Positions 48,710-58,673 of a stretch of DNA of 64,000 nucleotides are shown here, one piece after another. The stretch lies in the NCBI GenBank assembly GCA_017503005.1, contig JAFVTW010000017.1:32853-96852 (forward strand). The letters run 5' to 3'. Every line of letters starts with the position of its first letter. Within the stretch, counting starts at the first letter, position 1. A program made the translations under genes and the position numbers. The stretch comes from Clostridia bacterium. Lineage in GTDB: Bacteria > Bacillota > Clostridia > Christensenellales > UBA1242. The notes beneath the pieces are model-generated. The model searched no databases and had not been told where the DNA came from. It saw only the letters and a list, made by a program, of their open reading frames with translations.

Positions 48710-49661
48710 AGATATTGTTAAGCAGTTACAAGAAAGTAACAAGGTTGCAATATTTGTTCACATTAATCCAGATGGTGACTGTGTTGGATCTGCTAGTGCA
48801 TTAAAACAAATGCTTGTATCAATGGGTAAAACTGTAGATATTTATTCTGACACACAACCTAGCGAAAATTATAGATTTATAAAACATGTAGATGAGATTA
48901 AGAGCGATGCTTATGAAGGTGGTTATGATTTACATGTAGCTGTAGATTGTGCTGATTTAAAGAGAACAGGTAAATATTCTGGTGTATTTAATAAGGTAGA
49001 CAAAACAATCTGCTTAGACCACCACAAAACAAATGATGGATTTGCAAAACTAACTCATATAGAAATTGTTTCTAGTGCAGCTTTGCTTATTTATCAATAT
49101 ATCAAGGCTATGTCAGAACTAAATGCTGATATAGCAGCAGCATTGTATGCAGGTTTATCTTCTGATACGGGTTGTTTTTTACATTCAAATACAACAAGTT
49201 TGGAACATAAAGTTGCTGCAGAACTAATTGATTACGGATTTGACTTAGACTATGCAAATAGAATGCTATTTAAATATACTACAATGGCTAAGTTTGAGCT
49301 TACAAAAAGAGCACTTAGTAGTACAGAATTCTTTGCAAATGGTAAAGTTGGTATCTTTAAATTAACTAGAAAAGATTTAGAAGAGACTAATGCGAATATA
49401 AGCGACACTACAGGCCTTGTAAATGAGATTACTAATGTGAATTGTTGTGAAGTTGGTATTATTATTTACGAACAAGAAAGAGGTTTGTTTAGATGTAGTT
49501 TAAGAAGTAAAAGTTGTGTGGATGTGTCTGCAATTGCCGATCAGTTTGGTGGTGGTGGACACGAAAGAGCTGCAGGTTGCAACATATTTGGTTGTTTAAA
49601 AACTGCTAAAAACAAAATTGTTTCAGCTTGTATTAAGGAAGTACATAAAGCAGGTTTATAA
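48696..49661 (+). CDS. nrnA: DHH/DHHA1 nanoRNase / pAp phosphatase
   Basis: H.NPDGD..GS, DHH, DTG.F, SLRS, FGGGGH.RAAG. Confidence 0.92.
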   Translation: MEINKDIVKQLQESNKVAIFVHINPDGDCVGSASALKQMLVSMGKTVDIYSDTQPSENYRFIKHVDEIKSDAYEGGYDLHVAVDCADLKRTGKYSGVFNKVDKTICLDHHKTNDGFAKLTHIEIVSSAALLIYQYIKAMSELNADIAAALYAGLSSDTGCFLHSNTTSLEHKVAAELIDYGFDLDYANRMLFKYTTMAKFELTKRALSSTEFFANGKVGIFKLTRKDLEETNANISDTTGLVNEITNVNCCEVGIIIYEQERGLFRCSLRSKSCVDVSAIADQFGGGGHERAAGCNIFGCLKTAKNKIVSACIKEVHKAGL

Positions 49662-49662
49662 T

Positions 49663-50526
49663 ATGATAGGTTTTTTTAATGTATATAAACCTACAGGTAT
49701 GTCTAGTGCGGCTGTTGTAGGTAAATTAAAAAGAAAGTTAGGGGTCAAGAAAATAGGGCATATGGGCACTCTTGACCCTTTAGCTTGTGGAATTTTGCCT
49801 ATAGCAGTAGGTAAAGCTACTAGAATGTTTGATTATTTCTTAAATAAAGATAAAACATACATAGTTGAGGCAGAGTTTGGCTACCTTACACCTAGTCTAG
49901 ATTTGGGCACAGAGATTTCAGAAACTACAACAGTTATACCAAATTTGGATGATATAAGGGGTGGTTGTCTTAGTTTTATAGGAAAAATTGAGCAATATCC
50001 ACCGATTTATAGTGCTAAAAGTGTAAATGGTGTAAGAGCTTATGATTTAGCTCGAAAAGGCGAAAGTGTAGATTTAAGACCTGCCGAAGTCAATATTTTA
50101 AGATTTGAATGTCTAAGACAAATTTCTAATACTAAATTTGAGTTTTTGATTAATTGTTCTAGTGGAACATATGTAAGAAGTTTGATTTATGATTTATCAA
50201 AAAAATTGAATTCACTTGCTACTGTTACTAAGCTAGAAAGAGTAAATTCTGGATATTTCGACAAAGAAGATTCTATAGGATTAGATGAGTTGCTGGATTG
50301 CGAAAATCCTAATTTGCATTTAATAGATATTACAAATGTGTTTAGAAATTATGATATTATAAATATAAGTGATGATGATTTTTACAAAATAAGAAATGGT
50401 ATTGCTATAAATACTAATTTGGAAAACAAAGACAATGTTTTTGTAAAATACAATAGCGAATTGATTGGTGTTGGAATAATTAACAACAATCAATTAAGAT
50501 TAAAAACATTTTTACTACAAGATTAA
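49663..50526 (+). CDS. truB: tRNA pseudouridine-55 synthase
   Basis: KIGH.GTLDP.A.G.LP, Q.PP.YSA, CSSGTYVRSL. Confidence 0.95.
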   Translation: MIGFFNVYKPTGMSSAAVVGKLKRKLGVKKIGHMGTLDPLACGILPIAVGKATRMFDYFLNKDKTYIVEAEFGYLTPSLDLGTEISETTTVIPNLDDIRGGCLSFIGKIEQYPPIYSAKSVNGVRAYDLARKGESVDLRPAEVNILRFECLRQISNTKFEFLINCSSGTYVRSLIYDLSKKLNSLATVTKLERVNSGYFDKEDSIGLDELLDCENPNLHLIDITNVFRNYDIINISDDDFYKIRNGIAINTNLENKDNVFVKYNSELIGVGIINNNQLRLKTFLLQD

Positions 50527-50536
50527 AGGAATATAT

Positions 50537-51382
50537 ATGATAAAATTTGGACCTGCGGGAAACTGCAAAACATTTTATGAGGCTGGCAACAAAAAGTCTA
50601 TTCAAGCACCTCAATGGTTGAAAAGTATAGGATTGTCTGCATATGAATATAGTTTTGGTAGAGGTATCACATTAAATGATGAAACTGCTATCGAAATTGG
50701 TGAAGAAGCAAAGAAGTATCAAATTGAAGTAAGTATTCATGCACCATATTATATTAACTTTGCAAATCCTGACGATGAAATGGTAGAGAAAAGTTATATG
50801 TATGTATTAAATTCTTTACATAAATTGAAGTTAATGGGTGGTAAAAGACTTGTTGTTCATCCAGCATCTTGTGGTAAATTGCCTCGTGAAGAAGCCGTAG
50901 AACTGACAAGAAAGAGACTTCATATATTAAAAGAGAAATTAGAAGAAGCTGGTTATAGTGATTATCTTATTTGTTTAGAAACTATGGGTAAACCGGCTCA
51001 AATAGGCACATACAAAGAGATTATAGATATGTGTACAATTAGTCCTAATTATATACCAACACTTGATTTTGGGCACATAAATGCCTTAACACATGGTGGG
51101 TTAAAAACAAAGGAAGATTATAGAGAAGTTATTGAGTATTTATTCAAAGTTTTAGGTGAAGAAAAAGCTAAAAAAGTACATATACATTTTAGTAAAATTG
51201 AGTATGGAGATAAAGGAGAGATAAGACATCTTACTTTAGAAGATCAAAAATATGGTCCAAATTTTGAGCCATTAGCAGAACTTATAAAAGAATATGGTAT
51301 GGAACCTTATATAATTTCAGAATCAAGTGAAATTATGGCTCATGATGCTTTAATCCTAAAGAATATATACGAAAAAGTATAA
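50537..51382 (+). CDS. TIM-barrel endonuclease IV-like protein (archaeal-type Nfo pattern)
   Basis: HAPYYIN, VVHP, ETMGK, DFGH..A, HIHFS.IEY..KGE.RHL, ISES. Confidence 0.8.
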   Translation: MIKFGPAGNCKTFYEAGNKKSIQAPQWLKSIGLSAYEYSFGRGITLNDETAIEIGEEAKKYQIEVSIHAPYYINFANPDDEMVEKSYMYVLNSLHKLKLMGGKRLVVHPASCGKLPREEAVELTRKRLHILKEKLEEAGYSDYLICLETMGKPAQIGTYKEIIDMCTISPNYIPTLDFGHINALTHGGLKTKEDYREVIEYLFKVLGEEKAKKVHIHFSKIEYGDKGEIRHLTLEDQKYGPNFEPLAELIKEYGMEPYIISESSEIMAHDALILKNIYEKV

Positions 51383-51420
51383 TTGTCTAGATTATTGTAG
51401 AAAATTTAATTATTTTATTT

Positions 51421-51458
51421 AAAATTGTTAAACAAAACTGTGTTTGACAATTTTTTTT
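51421..51458 (+). terminator. Terminator before the spoIIIA operon
   Basis: AAAATTGTTAAACA-aaactg-TGTTTGACAATTTTTTTT. Confidence 0.7.
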
Positions 51459-51525
51459 GTTTTCAAACTTCTTTAAATCTCTTAATTTTAATATATATTT
51501 ACAAATAATGATGTGGGGTAAGATT

Positions 51526-52419
51526 ATGCAAAATATTTTGCCAGACTATGTTTACAATTCACTCAATAATATAAATCTTGAATTGTTAAACGAGGTTCGA
51601 CTGCGAAAAGGGAAAGTTGTAGTTGTTTGTGTAAATGGTAGGAATTATTATTTGGGAGCACATGGAATTACTAACGACATTTCAAAAGGTATAATTTGTG
51701 ATATAAGCCTGATCAAATATGTTGTATCTAAGATTAGTAATGATTCTTTCTATACTATAAACGAGCAGATTATTAAAGGTTATATTACATACAAAAATGG
51801 GATAAGAGTAGGTGTTTGTGGTGAATTTGTGTATGAGAATGGACTTATTCGTACAATAAAAAACATTAATTCATTAAATATTAGAATTCCACATCAAATA
51901 AAAAATTGTAGTTTAAATTATTTTAATTATATTGTGGATAGTAATCGTTTGTATTCAACTTTGATTATATCAAGTCCAGGGGCAGGCAAAACAACTTTTG
52001 TTAGAGATATTGTGTATCAGCTATCCAAAAGAACGAATTATAACATATTTGTTTTAGATGAACGAGGAGAAATAACTGGAAACAATTCATTAGAATTAGG
52101 TGGGGCAGATGTAATGCTGAATTGTTCAAAACTGTATGGTTTTGAGTGTTCAATAAGGAATATGAATCCCGATGTGATTGTGACTGATGAAATTAATTTT
52201 GATACTGACATTGAGGCAATCAAACAAGCACTTACATGCGGGGTGAAAATTATAGCAACTATACATGCACAAAATATTGATGAGTTAAAACAAAAGAAAA
52301 TGTTTTTTGACCTTATAAAATCGAAAATGTTTGAAAGGTATATAGTTTTAAATTCGGCATTGGGGTTGGGCACTGTGGAGAGTATATATAATGAAAATTT
52401 GGATTGTATATATTATTGA
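51526..52419 (+). CDS. spoIIIAA: Stage III sporulation ATPase AA
   Basis: E.RLR, GYIT...G.RVG.CG, SLNIRI, PGAGKTT..RD, DERGEI, R.M.PDVI..DEI. Confidence 0.9.
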   Translation: MQNILPDYVYNSLNNINLELLNEVRLRKGKVVVVCVNGRNYYLGAHGITNDISKGIICDISLIKYVVSKISNDSFYTINEQIIKGYITYKNGIRVGVCGEFVYENGLIRTIKNINSLNIRIPHQIKNCSLNYFNYIVDSNRLYSTLIISSPGAGKTTFVRDIVYQLSKRTNYNIFVLDERGEITGNNSLELGGADVMLNCSKLYGFECSIRNMNPDVIVTDEINFDTDIEAIKQALTCGVKIIATIHAQNIDELKQKKMFFDLIKSKMFERYIVLNSALGLGTVESIYNENLDCIYY

Positions 52420-52883
52420 TTAGATTTTTTATTTTAATTCTTATTTGTGTATGTGTATTTTGTTTTGGACTGTATATTTCTAATTATCACAAAAGAAGAT
52501 ATAAAATTTTTTTAGATATGATAAAGTTTTGTGAATTGTACGAAATAGAAGTTCGGTTTTCTAAATGTAACTTAAAAGAAATTGTAACTAAAAATAGAGA
52601 ATTGTTTAGTGTTGAGTTTTACAATATGATTTACTCATATTTTTTTAATAATAAAATACTTTATTCTGATTGTTTGAAAGATGAAGAAATTAAACTTTTT
52701 GGAAGTGTATTTTCAAGTTTAGGACAGCTAGATGTTTGCGGTGAAGTAGAGAACATAAATAATCACAAATTGAAGATATTGCAATACAAAAATGATATTA
52801 AAGTTTCTTGTGACAAGGTGTCACTATTAAGCTTAAAGTTGGGGCTATTTGGTGCAATGCTAGTGTTTATAATATTTATATAG
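52404..52883 (+). CDS. spoIIIAB: Stage III sporulation protein AB (divergent; start uncertain)
   Basis: N- and C-terminal TM helices, LG..D motif, position in operon. Confidence 0.7.
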   Translation: MYILLIRFFILILICVCVFCFGLYISNYHKRRYKIFLDMIKFCELYEIEVRFSKCNLKEIVTKNRELFSVEFYNMIYSYFFNNKILYSDCLKDEEIKLFGSVFSSLGQLDVCGEVENINNHKLKILQYKNDIKVSCDKVSLLSLKLGLFGAMLVFIIFI

Positions 52884-52890
52884 GAAAGTT

Positions 52891-53088
52891 ATGGGAGTAG
52901 ATATAATATTTAAAATTGCTGCTATAGGTATATTAATTTCAGTAACAAATCAAATATTAAAACATTCTGGTAAAGATGAATTAGCAACTCTAACTACACT
53001 TGCTGGAGTAGTTATTGTTTTATTTATGATTGTTGATATGGTTAGTAAATTATTTATCACTATAAAAGACTTATTTTCTTTGTATTAG
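52891..53088 (+). CDS. spoIIIAC: Stage III sporulation protein AC
   Basis: D.IFKIA.IGI......ILK..G..E.A....LAG...VL. Confidence 0.92.
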   Translation: MGVDIIFKIAAIGILISVTNQILKHSGKDELATLTTLAGVVIVLFMIVDMVSKLFITIKDLFSLY

Positions 53089-53094
53089 GTATAT

Positions 53095-53481
53095 ATGGAA
53101 GTATTTAAATTGATAGGTATAGGTATACTTGTTTGCATAACTGTTGTTGTGGTAAAACAAGTAAAACCTGAATTTGCTATTTTAATAACAATATCGTCAT
53201 CTATTATAATGTTCTTTATGATTATAGGTTATGTTGACAACATTATGGTAGTATTTGACAAAATAATATCAAATACAAACATAAATATGGATTTGTTTAA
53301 AGTTGTATTAAAAATTGTTGGTGTTGGATATTTGATAGAATTTGCTGCAAATTTGTGTATTGATTCTGGAAGTCCTGCTATTGCAGATAAAATAATTTTG
53401 GGTGGTAAGCTTGTTATTTTATCTTTATGTATGCCTATTATTAACAGTTTGTTAGATGTTATTTTAGGATTGTTAGTATGA
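53095..53481 (+). CDS. spoIIIAD: Stage III sporulation protein AD
   Basis: KPEFA, LKI.G..Y..EF...LC.D.G...IA.KI..GGK..I. Confidence 0.92.
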   Translation: MEVFKLIGIGILVCITVVVVKQVKPEFAILITISSSIIMFFMIIGYVDNIMVVFDKIISNTNINMDLFKVVLKIVGVGYLIEFAANLCIDSGSPAIADKIILGGKLVILSLCMPIINSLLDVILGLLV

Positions 53482-54656
53482 AAAAAATAGTAATTTTTTT
53501 GATTGTATGTGTTGTTGGTTTTTTTAATGTTGATCCATATATTGTTCATGCTAAGAGTGAGAATTCAAAATTAGAATTGGAGTTAAATTCACAAATTATT
53601 AAAGATTTGTCGAATCTGGATTTTGACAGTCTTGATGATTGTTTAAACAATGTTTTAAATGATTTTGGTCTTAGTTATAACTCTTCGATTAAAGATGTTG
53701 TTTTGTCTATAACTAGTGGTAAATATTTTGATAACTATGACTCTTTGTTTGATGGGGTGTTGGCTTTTATTTTTAAGAATATAAAATCAGTGATTCCTCT
53801 TATTATGATGATTATTGCTGTTTCTATTTTGAGTTCTATTTTAAATTCTATAAAATCATCGTCACATTCATCAATTTCTAATCTTATACATCTAGTTTGT
53901 TTTATTGTTGTTGTTTTGTTACTAACTACTAGTATTGCGAATGTTGTCAAGATTACAAAAAACACTCTTAGTAATTTGACCGGTCAAATGCAAACTATTT
54001 TTCCTATAATGCTGACTTTGCTTACAGCTTCTGGTGGATTAACTAGTGTGACAATATATAAGCCGATTGTATCAATATTGTGTAGTGCTAGTTCGGTTGT
54101 GTTTTCAAATTATTTATTTCCACTATTCGTATTGTCATTTATTTTTTTAATATTAGGAAACTTAAGTAAAAATATAAAATTAAATAAATTTAATGATTTA
54201 ATAAATTCAATATTTAAATGGTCGTTAGGTTTTGTTTGTACATTTTTTACTATATTTATGTCTATTCAAGGCATAAGTGCTAGTAAATTTGATAGTTTAA
54301 GTATTAGGTCAACGAAGTTTGCTGTAAAGAGCTATATACCGTTAGTGGGTAGTTTTATTTCGGACGGGTTTGATTTGATTCTTTTTTCTAGCATTTTGAT
54401 AAAAAATGCTGTTGGTGTGGTTGGTGTGATTTTGATTGCTTTTACTATTTTGGCTCCCATTATTCAAATATTAGCATTAAAGTTTGGTTTGCAATTGGTA
54501 TCTGCTATTTTGCAACCAGTGGGTAATTCACAAATAGGTGATTTTTGTTCTGGTTGTTCTAAAGTCTTAGTTTATCCTATTGTTTTGATTTTAGTTTTAT
54601 CATTTATGTTCTTTTTGAGTATGGGACTTGTAATGGTTACAGCTAATTTGGTTTAG
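53478..54656 (+). CDS. spoIIIAE: Stage III sporulation protein AE
   Basis: P...TLL...GG, K.....IP.VG, KNAVG..G; multi-TM. Confidence 0.88.
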   Translation: MKKIVIFLIVCVVGFFNVDPYIVHAKSENSKLELELNSQIIKDLSNLDFDSLDDCLNNVLNDFGLSYNSSIKDVVLSITSGKYFDNYDSLFDGVLAFIFKNIKSVIPLIMMIIAVSILSSILNSIKSSSHSSISNLIHLVCFIVVVLLLTTSIANVVKITKNTLSNLTGQMQTIFPIMLTLLTASGGLTSVTIYKPIVSILCSASSVVFSNYLFPLFVLSFIFLILGNLSKNIKLNKFNDLINSIFKWSLGFVCTFFTIFMSIQGISASKFDSLSIRSTKFAVKSYIPLVGSFISDGFDLILFSSILIKNAVGVVGVILIAFTILAPIIQILALKFGLQLVSAILQPVGNSQIGDFCSGCSKVLVYPIVLILVLSFMFFLSMGLVMVTANLV

Positions 54657-54658
54657 AT

Positions 54659-55120
54659 ATGAAAGAATGGATTTTGAGTATTGTTGGGATTGTTTTTATT
54701 TGTGTTGTAGTAGAAATAATAATCCCTGATGGTAAAATGTGCGGTTTTATAAAGCACTCATTAAGTTTGTTTATTTTGTTTGTAATGTTTCAACCGATAT
54801 CAAACTTTTTTAATAATGTTAAGATTGACTCTAACGATGTGAACTTAGATTCTAATTTCTTATATAATTCTAATCAGGAAAAAATAAATTTGCTTGAAAA
54901 AGATATTGTTTTGGAGTTGGAGAAACAATCTATAAATGGAGCTTGTGTGATAATAAATGCGAATATTTTTGCAGAAAGTTTTGTCGTTGATTCGGTGTAT
55001 GTTGATGCAACAAGTGTTGATTGTGGTGAGAACAAATTTGATTTGAAGAACAGAATAATTGACACTGTTTTGAAATTTTTGGATATAGAAAAGGGTAGTG
55101 TGGTTGTGTATGGGGTCTGA
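54659..55120 (+). CDS. spoIIIAF: Stage III sporulation protein AF
   Basis: W...I......E...P.G....., two N-terminal TM helices, position in operon. Confidence 0.8.
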   Translation: MKEWILSIVGIVFICVVVEIIIPDGKMCGFIKHSLSLFILFVMFQPISNFFNNVKIDSNDVNLDSNFLYNSNQEKINLLEKDIVLELEKQSINGACVIINANIFAESFVVDSVYVDATSVDCGENKFDLKNRIIDTVLKFLDIEKGSVVVYGV

Positions 55121-55838
55121 TTTGGTAGTTGAAAATTTAAGTAATAACAAACAAGATAAAATTGTTACATCTACAAAAAACATCAAAAATATGGATAAAA
55201 ACAGCGAAAAACAATCAATTTTTAGTAAATTTTTTAATATTTTTAATAAAACTGATAATTTTGTTGATGGTGATAAATCTTTGATAAATTCAAAAAAATC
55301 TACAAAAGGAGGTGTTTTTTACTTTTTAAAAAACAAGCAAATTAAATCACTAATTGTTGTTCTAATTTTTGCTTTATTAGCATTTATAATACTAAGCAGT
55401 TCTTTTGGAGAAGATTTAACTACTGTAAATAAGAATGAAAAATCATATAGCTATACTTCTAGTTTGGAGTACTGTGAAAAGTTGGAAGAAAAACTCGAGG
55501 AGGTGTTGGGTGGAATAAGTGGTGTAGGAAAATTAAAAGTGATGGTTACAGTAGATAGTGGACCAGAATTAAAGTATGCTACTAATTCACAAGAGAAAAG
55601 CAATCATTCTAGTATGGGTGAAAATTCAACAACAAGTACTACGATATTGGACGAACCTATTATACTTACTTCGTCTGGTTCAAAGGTTCCATTGATTGTT
55701 ACAGAAATATCGCCTAAAGTTACTGGTGTGGTTGTGGTTGCTAGTGGTGCAAAAGATGTGGGCATCAAATTAGATTTGATGCAGGCAGTTATGGTGTTGC
55801 TAAATATATCTAGCAACAAAGTTCAAATATATAGTTAA
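55110..55838 (+). CDS. spoIIIAG: Stage III sporulation protein AG
   Basis: LE..L..I.GVG...VMVT, P.V.GV.VVA.GA. Confidence 0.88.
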   Translation: MGSDLVVENLSNNKQDKIVTSTKNIKNMDKNSEKQSIFSKFFNIFNKTDNFVDGDKSLINSKKSTKGGVFYFLKNKQIKSLIVVLIFALLAFIILSSSFGEDLTTVNKNEKSYSYTSSLEYCEKLEEKLEEVLGGISGVGKLKVMVTVDSGPELKYATNSQEKSNHSSMGENSTTSTTILDEPIILTSSGSKVPLIVTEISPKVTGVVVVASGAKDVGIKLDLMQAVMVLLNISSNKVQIYS

Positions 55839-55848
55839 GGAGTGTTTT

Positions 55849-56328
55849 ATGTTATCAAAGAAAAAGAAATTGTTTATTATTTCAGGCTTTTGTTTGTTAT
55901 TGGTAATTACTGGTTGTTTAAACATTTTTTTAAATAATAAAATTGCTAGTGAAGCTAGTGGTGGTAATGTTGTTACTGCTGGTAACTTCTTTAGTACATA
56001 TAGGACTGATAGAACAGATACTAGAAATGAGGAAATTTTATATTTAGATGCAATTATAGCTAGTTCTAGTGCAAGTGCTGAAAGTAAAACTGCTGCTGAA
56101 ACAAAAAAGACAGAATTAATTGCACTTATGGAGACAGAGTTGGCTTTAGAGGGTTTGATTAAGGCTAAAGGTTTTGAAGATGTTGTGGTTTCTACTTCTA
56201 CATCAAATATTAATGTAATTGTAAAAAGTGCAGAACTTCAAGAAAGTGAAGTTGCTCAAATTGTAGATGTTATTAAAGGTCAAACAGAATACGACTTAGA
56301 TAATATTAAAATATTCCCAGTAGAATAA
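55849..56328 (+). CDS. spoIIIAH: Stage III sporulation protein AH
   Basis: FF..YR..R...R, E...E.LIKAKGFED.VV, ..QI.D.I. Confidence 0.88.
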   Translation: MLSKKKKLFIISGFCLLLVITGCLNIFLNNKIASEASGGNVVTAGNFFSTYRTDRTDTRNEEILYLDAIIASSSASAESKTAAETKKTELIALMETELALEGLIKAKGFEDVVVSTSTSNINVIVKSAELQESEVAQIVDVIKGQTEYDLDNIKIFPVE

Positions 56329-56384
56329 TTGCAAAAATAAAAAAATGATGCTATTATTATATGTAATGTAAAAAGGGGAATTCT

Positions 56385-56771
56385 ATGTTATATACAAACA
56401 ATAATTCTACAAACAAAGTAACAAAAGGTAATGTTACATTTAATAAAAACATCATTTTATCAGTTGTAAACTTGGCTGCAAAGGAAATTTCCGGAGTAAG
56501 TTCTTTGGTTGCAAACTTTGGTTCTGCATTGAAGAGATGGTTTGGTAGCAATAATTATTATGAGGGTGTTAAGCTAACAAATAATAATGGTAAATATAGT
56601 GTAGATGTGTACATCAATGTTTACTATGGCTACAATGTTTCTGAAATTTCATATAAGGTACAAGAAAATATAAAAAACAGTCTATCAAGTATGATAGATG
56701 TTGAAATTGAAAAAGTTAATGTTCATGTTTTAGGTGTTGACTTTATAAAAGAAGAGGAAGATAAAAATTAA
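56385..56771 (+). CDS. Asp23/Gls24-family protein (YqhY-like)
   Basis: AA.EI.GV, GV, D.Y..V.YG.......VQE.IK....M.......VNVHV; directly before nusB. Confidence 0.85.
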   Translation: MLYTNNNSTNKVTKGNVTFNKNIILSVVNLAAKEISGVSSLVANFGSALKRWFGSNNYYEGVKLTNNNGKYSVDVYINVYYGYNVSEISYKVQENIKNSLSSMIDVEIEKVNVHVLGVDFIKEEEDKN

Positions 56772-56798
56772 CCAGCAATTTGCTTGGTTAATTTTTTT
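56766..56798 (+). terminator. Terminator after the asp23-family gene
   Basis: AATTAACCAGC...GCTTGGTTAATTTTTTT. Confidence 0.6.
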
Positions 56799-56892
56799 AT
56801 TATATTTATATAAAATAATTTAGTAATATTTAATGAAATTTAAAAAAATATGTGCTATACTAGATGTGTTAAATTTACGAGGTGTTAAACTT

Positions 56893-57288
56893 ATGAGTAG
56901 AATATTAGCTAGAGAAACTGTTTTTAAACTAACATTTGAGTTGTGTTTTCACAAACCCGAAGATAGTTGTTATTATGAAGAATTTTTAAAAGACAACAAT
57001 TTTGATGAGGAAAATTTAGCATTTATCAAAACTTTTTATGAGGGGATTGTGGCTCATTTTGATGAGTTGAAAGACATTGTTTCTAAAAATATAAAAGGCT
57101 ATACTTTGGATAGATTGTTTAAGGTTGACTTAGCTATTTTGATTATGGTTGCTTATGAATTGAAATTTTATAAGGAAAACCCTGTAAAAATTGTGGCTAA
57201 TGAGGCTGTAGAACTTGCCAAAAAATTTAGTACAGAAAAGAGTTATTCGTTTATAAATGGTGTAATTGCTAGTATTGCTAAAAATTAA
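56893..57288 (+). CDS. nusB: Transcription antitermination factor NusB
   Basis: R..ARE, RL..VD.AIL...YE, NEAVELAK.F...S..FING; GAGG SD before ATG 56893. Confidence 0.93.
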   Translation: MSRILARETVFKLTFELCFHKPEDSCYYEEFLKDNNFDEENLAFIKTFYEGIVAHFDELKDIVSKNIKGYTLDRLFKVDLAILIMVAYELKFYKENPVKIVANEAVELAKKFSTEKSYSFINGVIASIAKN

Positions 57289-57291
57289 TTT

Positions 57292-58461
57292 ATGAGTGAA
57301 CAATATTTAAGTGTAGGACAAGTTAATAATTATATAAAAAATATTTTTGAAGCAGAAGGTATGCTTCATAATATTTGTATATATGGTGAAGTAAGCAGTT
57401 ATAAGATTTCTAATAATATTGCTTACTTCAATCTTACAGATGAAACAGGATTGTTGTCCTGTGTTCTTTTTAATGCTAATAAGTTTGATGTTCCACAAAT
57501 AGGCGATGTTGTTTTGGTTGTGGGTACCGTGTCTTATTATGCTAAAGGGGGCAAACTTTCTTTTAATGCTTATCAAATTGCTCCTTATGGTAAGGGTGTT
57601 CTATACGAAAAATTTTTAAAATTAAAAGCAGAGTTGGAAGGAAAGGGTTACTTTGATATTTCTAGAAAAATACCACTTCCCGAAAGGGTGACTAAAGTTG
57701 GTGTAGTTACAAGTGCTACAGGTGCTGTTATACAAGATATTATTAATGTAACTACTAGAAGAAATCCTACTGTAAACATTGTTTTGTATCCTGTGAAGGT
57801 ACAAGGTGTTGGTGCTGAGACTGAGATTGTTAAAGGTATAGAGTTTTTTAACAATTATGATGTTGATGTGGTAATAGTGGCTAGAGGTGGTGGAAGTATA
57901 GAAGATTTGCAGCCGTTCAATACTGAGGTTGTTGCAACTGCGACTTATAGTTCTACAAAACCGATAGTTTCTGCTGTTGGTCATGAAACTGATTTTACAA
58001 TAATTGACTTTGTGGCTGATTTGAGAGCTCCTACACCGTCTGCTGCTGCAGAATGTGTCGTAAATTTGTTGGCAGACGATTTTATGTTGATTGAAAGTTA
58101 TGTAAACACTATGTATGATGCTGTTTCTTCTAAAATAAACAATTATTATATTGAATGTGAAAATAGTGCTAACAGAATGTGTTATGCTGTGTCAGGTGTG
58201 CTTACAAAAATTGAATCAACAGCCAAGTCTTATATGGATAAATTTGGTTATTTGATATCGTCAAAAATAGATAGTTGTGAGCATAAATTGGAGATTTTGA
58301 AATCAAAAATTGAATCGCTAAACCCTATGAATATTTTAAATAAAGGGTATGCAAAAATTGAAAAAGATGGAAGAACTATCAAGTCTAGTAAGCATATGAA
58401 GTCTGGTAATAAATATGATATTGTGTTTGCTGATGGTAAAACCGAAGTTGTGGGAGTGTAA
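57292..58461 (+). CDS. xseA: Exodeoxyribonuclease VII large subunit
   Basis: GEVS, VTS.TGAV..DI, VQG..A, ARGGGSIEDL..FN, SAVGHETDFTI.DFVAD.RAPTPSAAAE. Confidence 0.95.
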   Translation: MSEQYLSVGQVNNYIKNIFEAEGMLHNICIYGEVSSYKISNNIAYFNLTDETGLLSCVLFNANKFDVPQIGDVVLVVGTVSYYAKGGKLSFNAYQIAPYGKGVLYEKFLKLKAELEGKGYFDISRKIPLPERVTKVGVVTSATGAVIQDIINVTTRRNPTVNIVLYPVKVQGVGAETEIVKGIEFFNNYDVDVVIVARGGGSIEDLQPFNTEVVATATYSSTKPIVSAVGHETDFTIIDFVADLRAPTPSAAAECVVNLLADDFMLIESYVNTMYDAVSSKINNYYIECENSANRMCYAVSGVLTKIESTAKSYMDKFGYLISSKIDSCEHKLEILKSKIESLNPMNILNKGYAKIEKDGRTIKSSKHMKSGNKYDIVFADGKTEVVGV

Positions 58462-58462
58462 T

Positions 58463-58672
58463 ATGAATATTGATGAAAAATTGAAAAAATTGCAAGAAAT
58501 TGCTGAAAAATTAGATAAAAATGAGGTAACTTTGGAAGAAAGTATTAAATTGTTTGAAGAAGGAAATGAAATTGTAAAAGAATTGTATTCCGAATTAAAC
58601 AAGGCAAAAGGTAAGGTTACTATTTTAAAACAAGATTTAGATAAATTTAAAGAAGAAGGATTAGAGGTATAA
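58463..58672 (+). CDS. xseB: Exodeoxyribonuclease VII small subunit
   Basis: L.EI...L......LEES..LFEEG..........L..A...V. Confidence 0.9.
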   Translation: MNIDEKLKKLQEIAEKLDKNEVTLEESIKLFEEGNEIVKELYSELNKAKGKVTILKQDLDKFKEEGLEV

Positions 58673-58673
58673 A

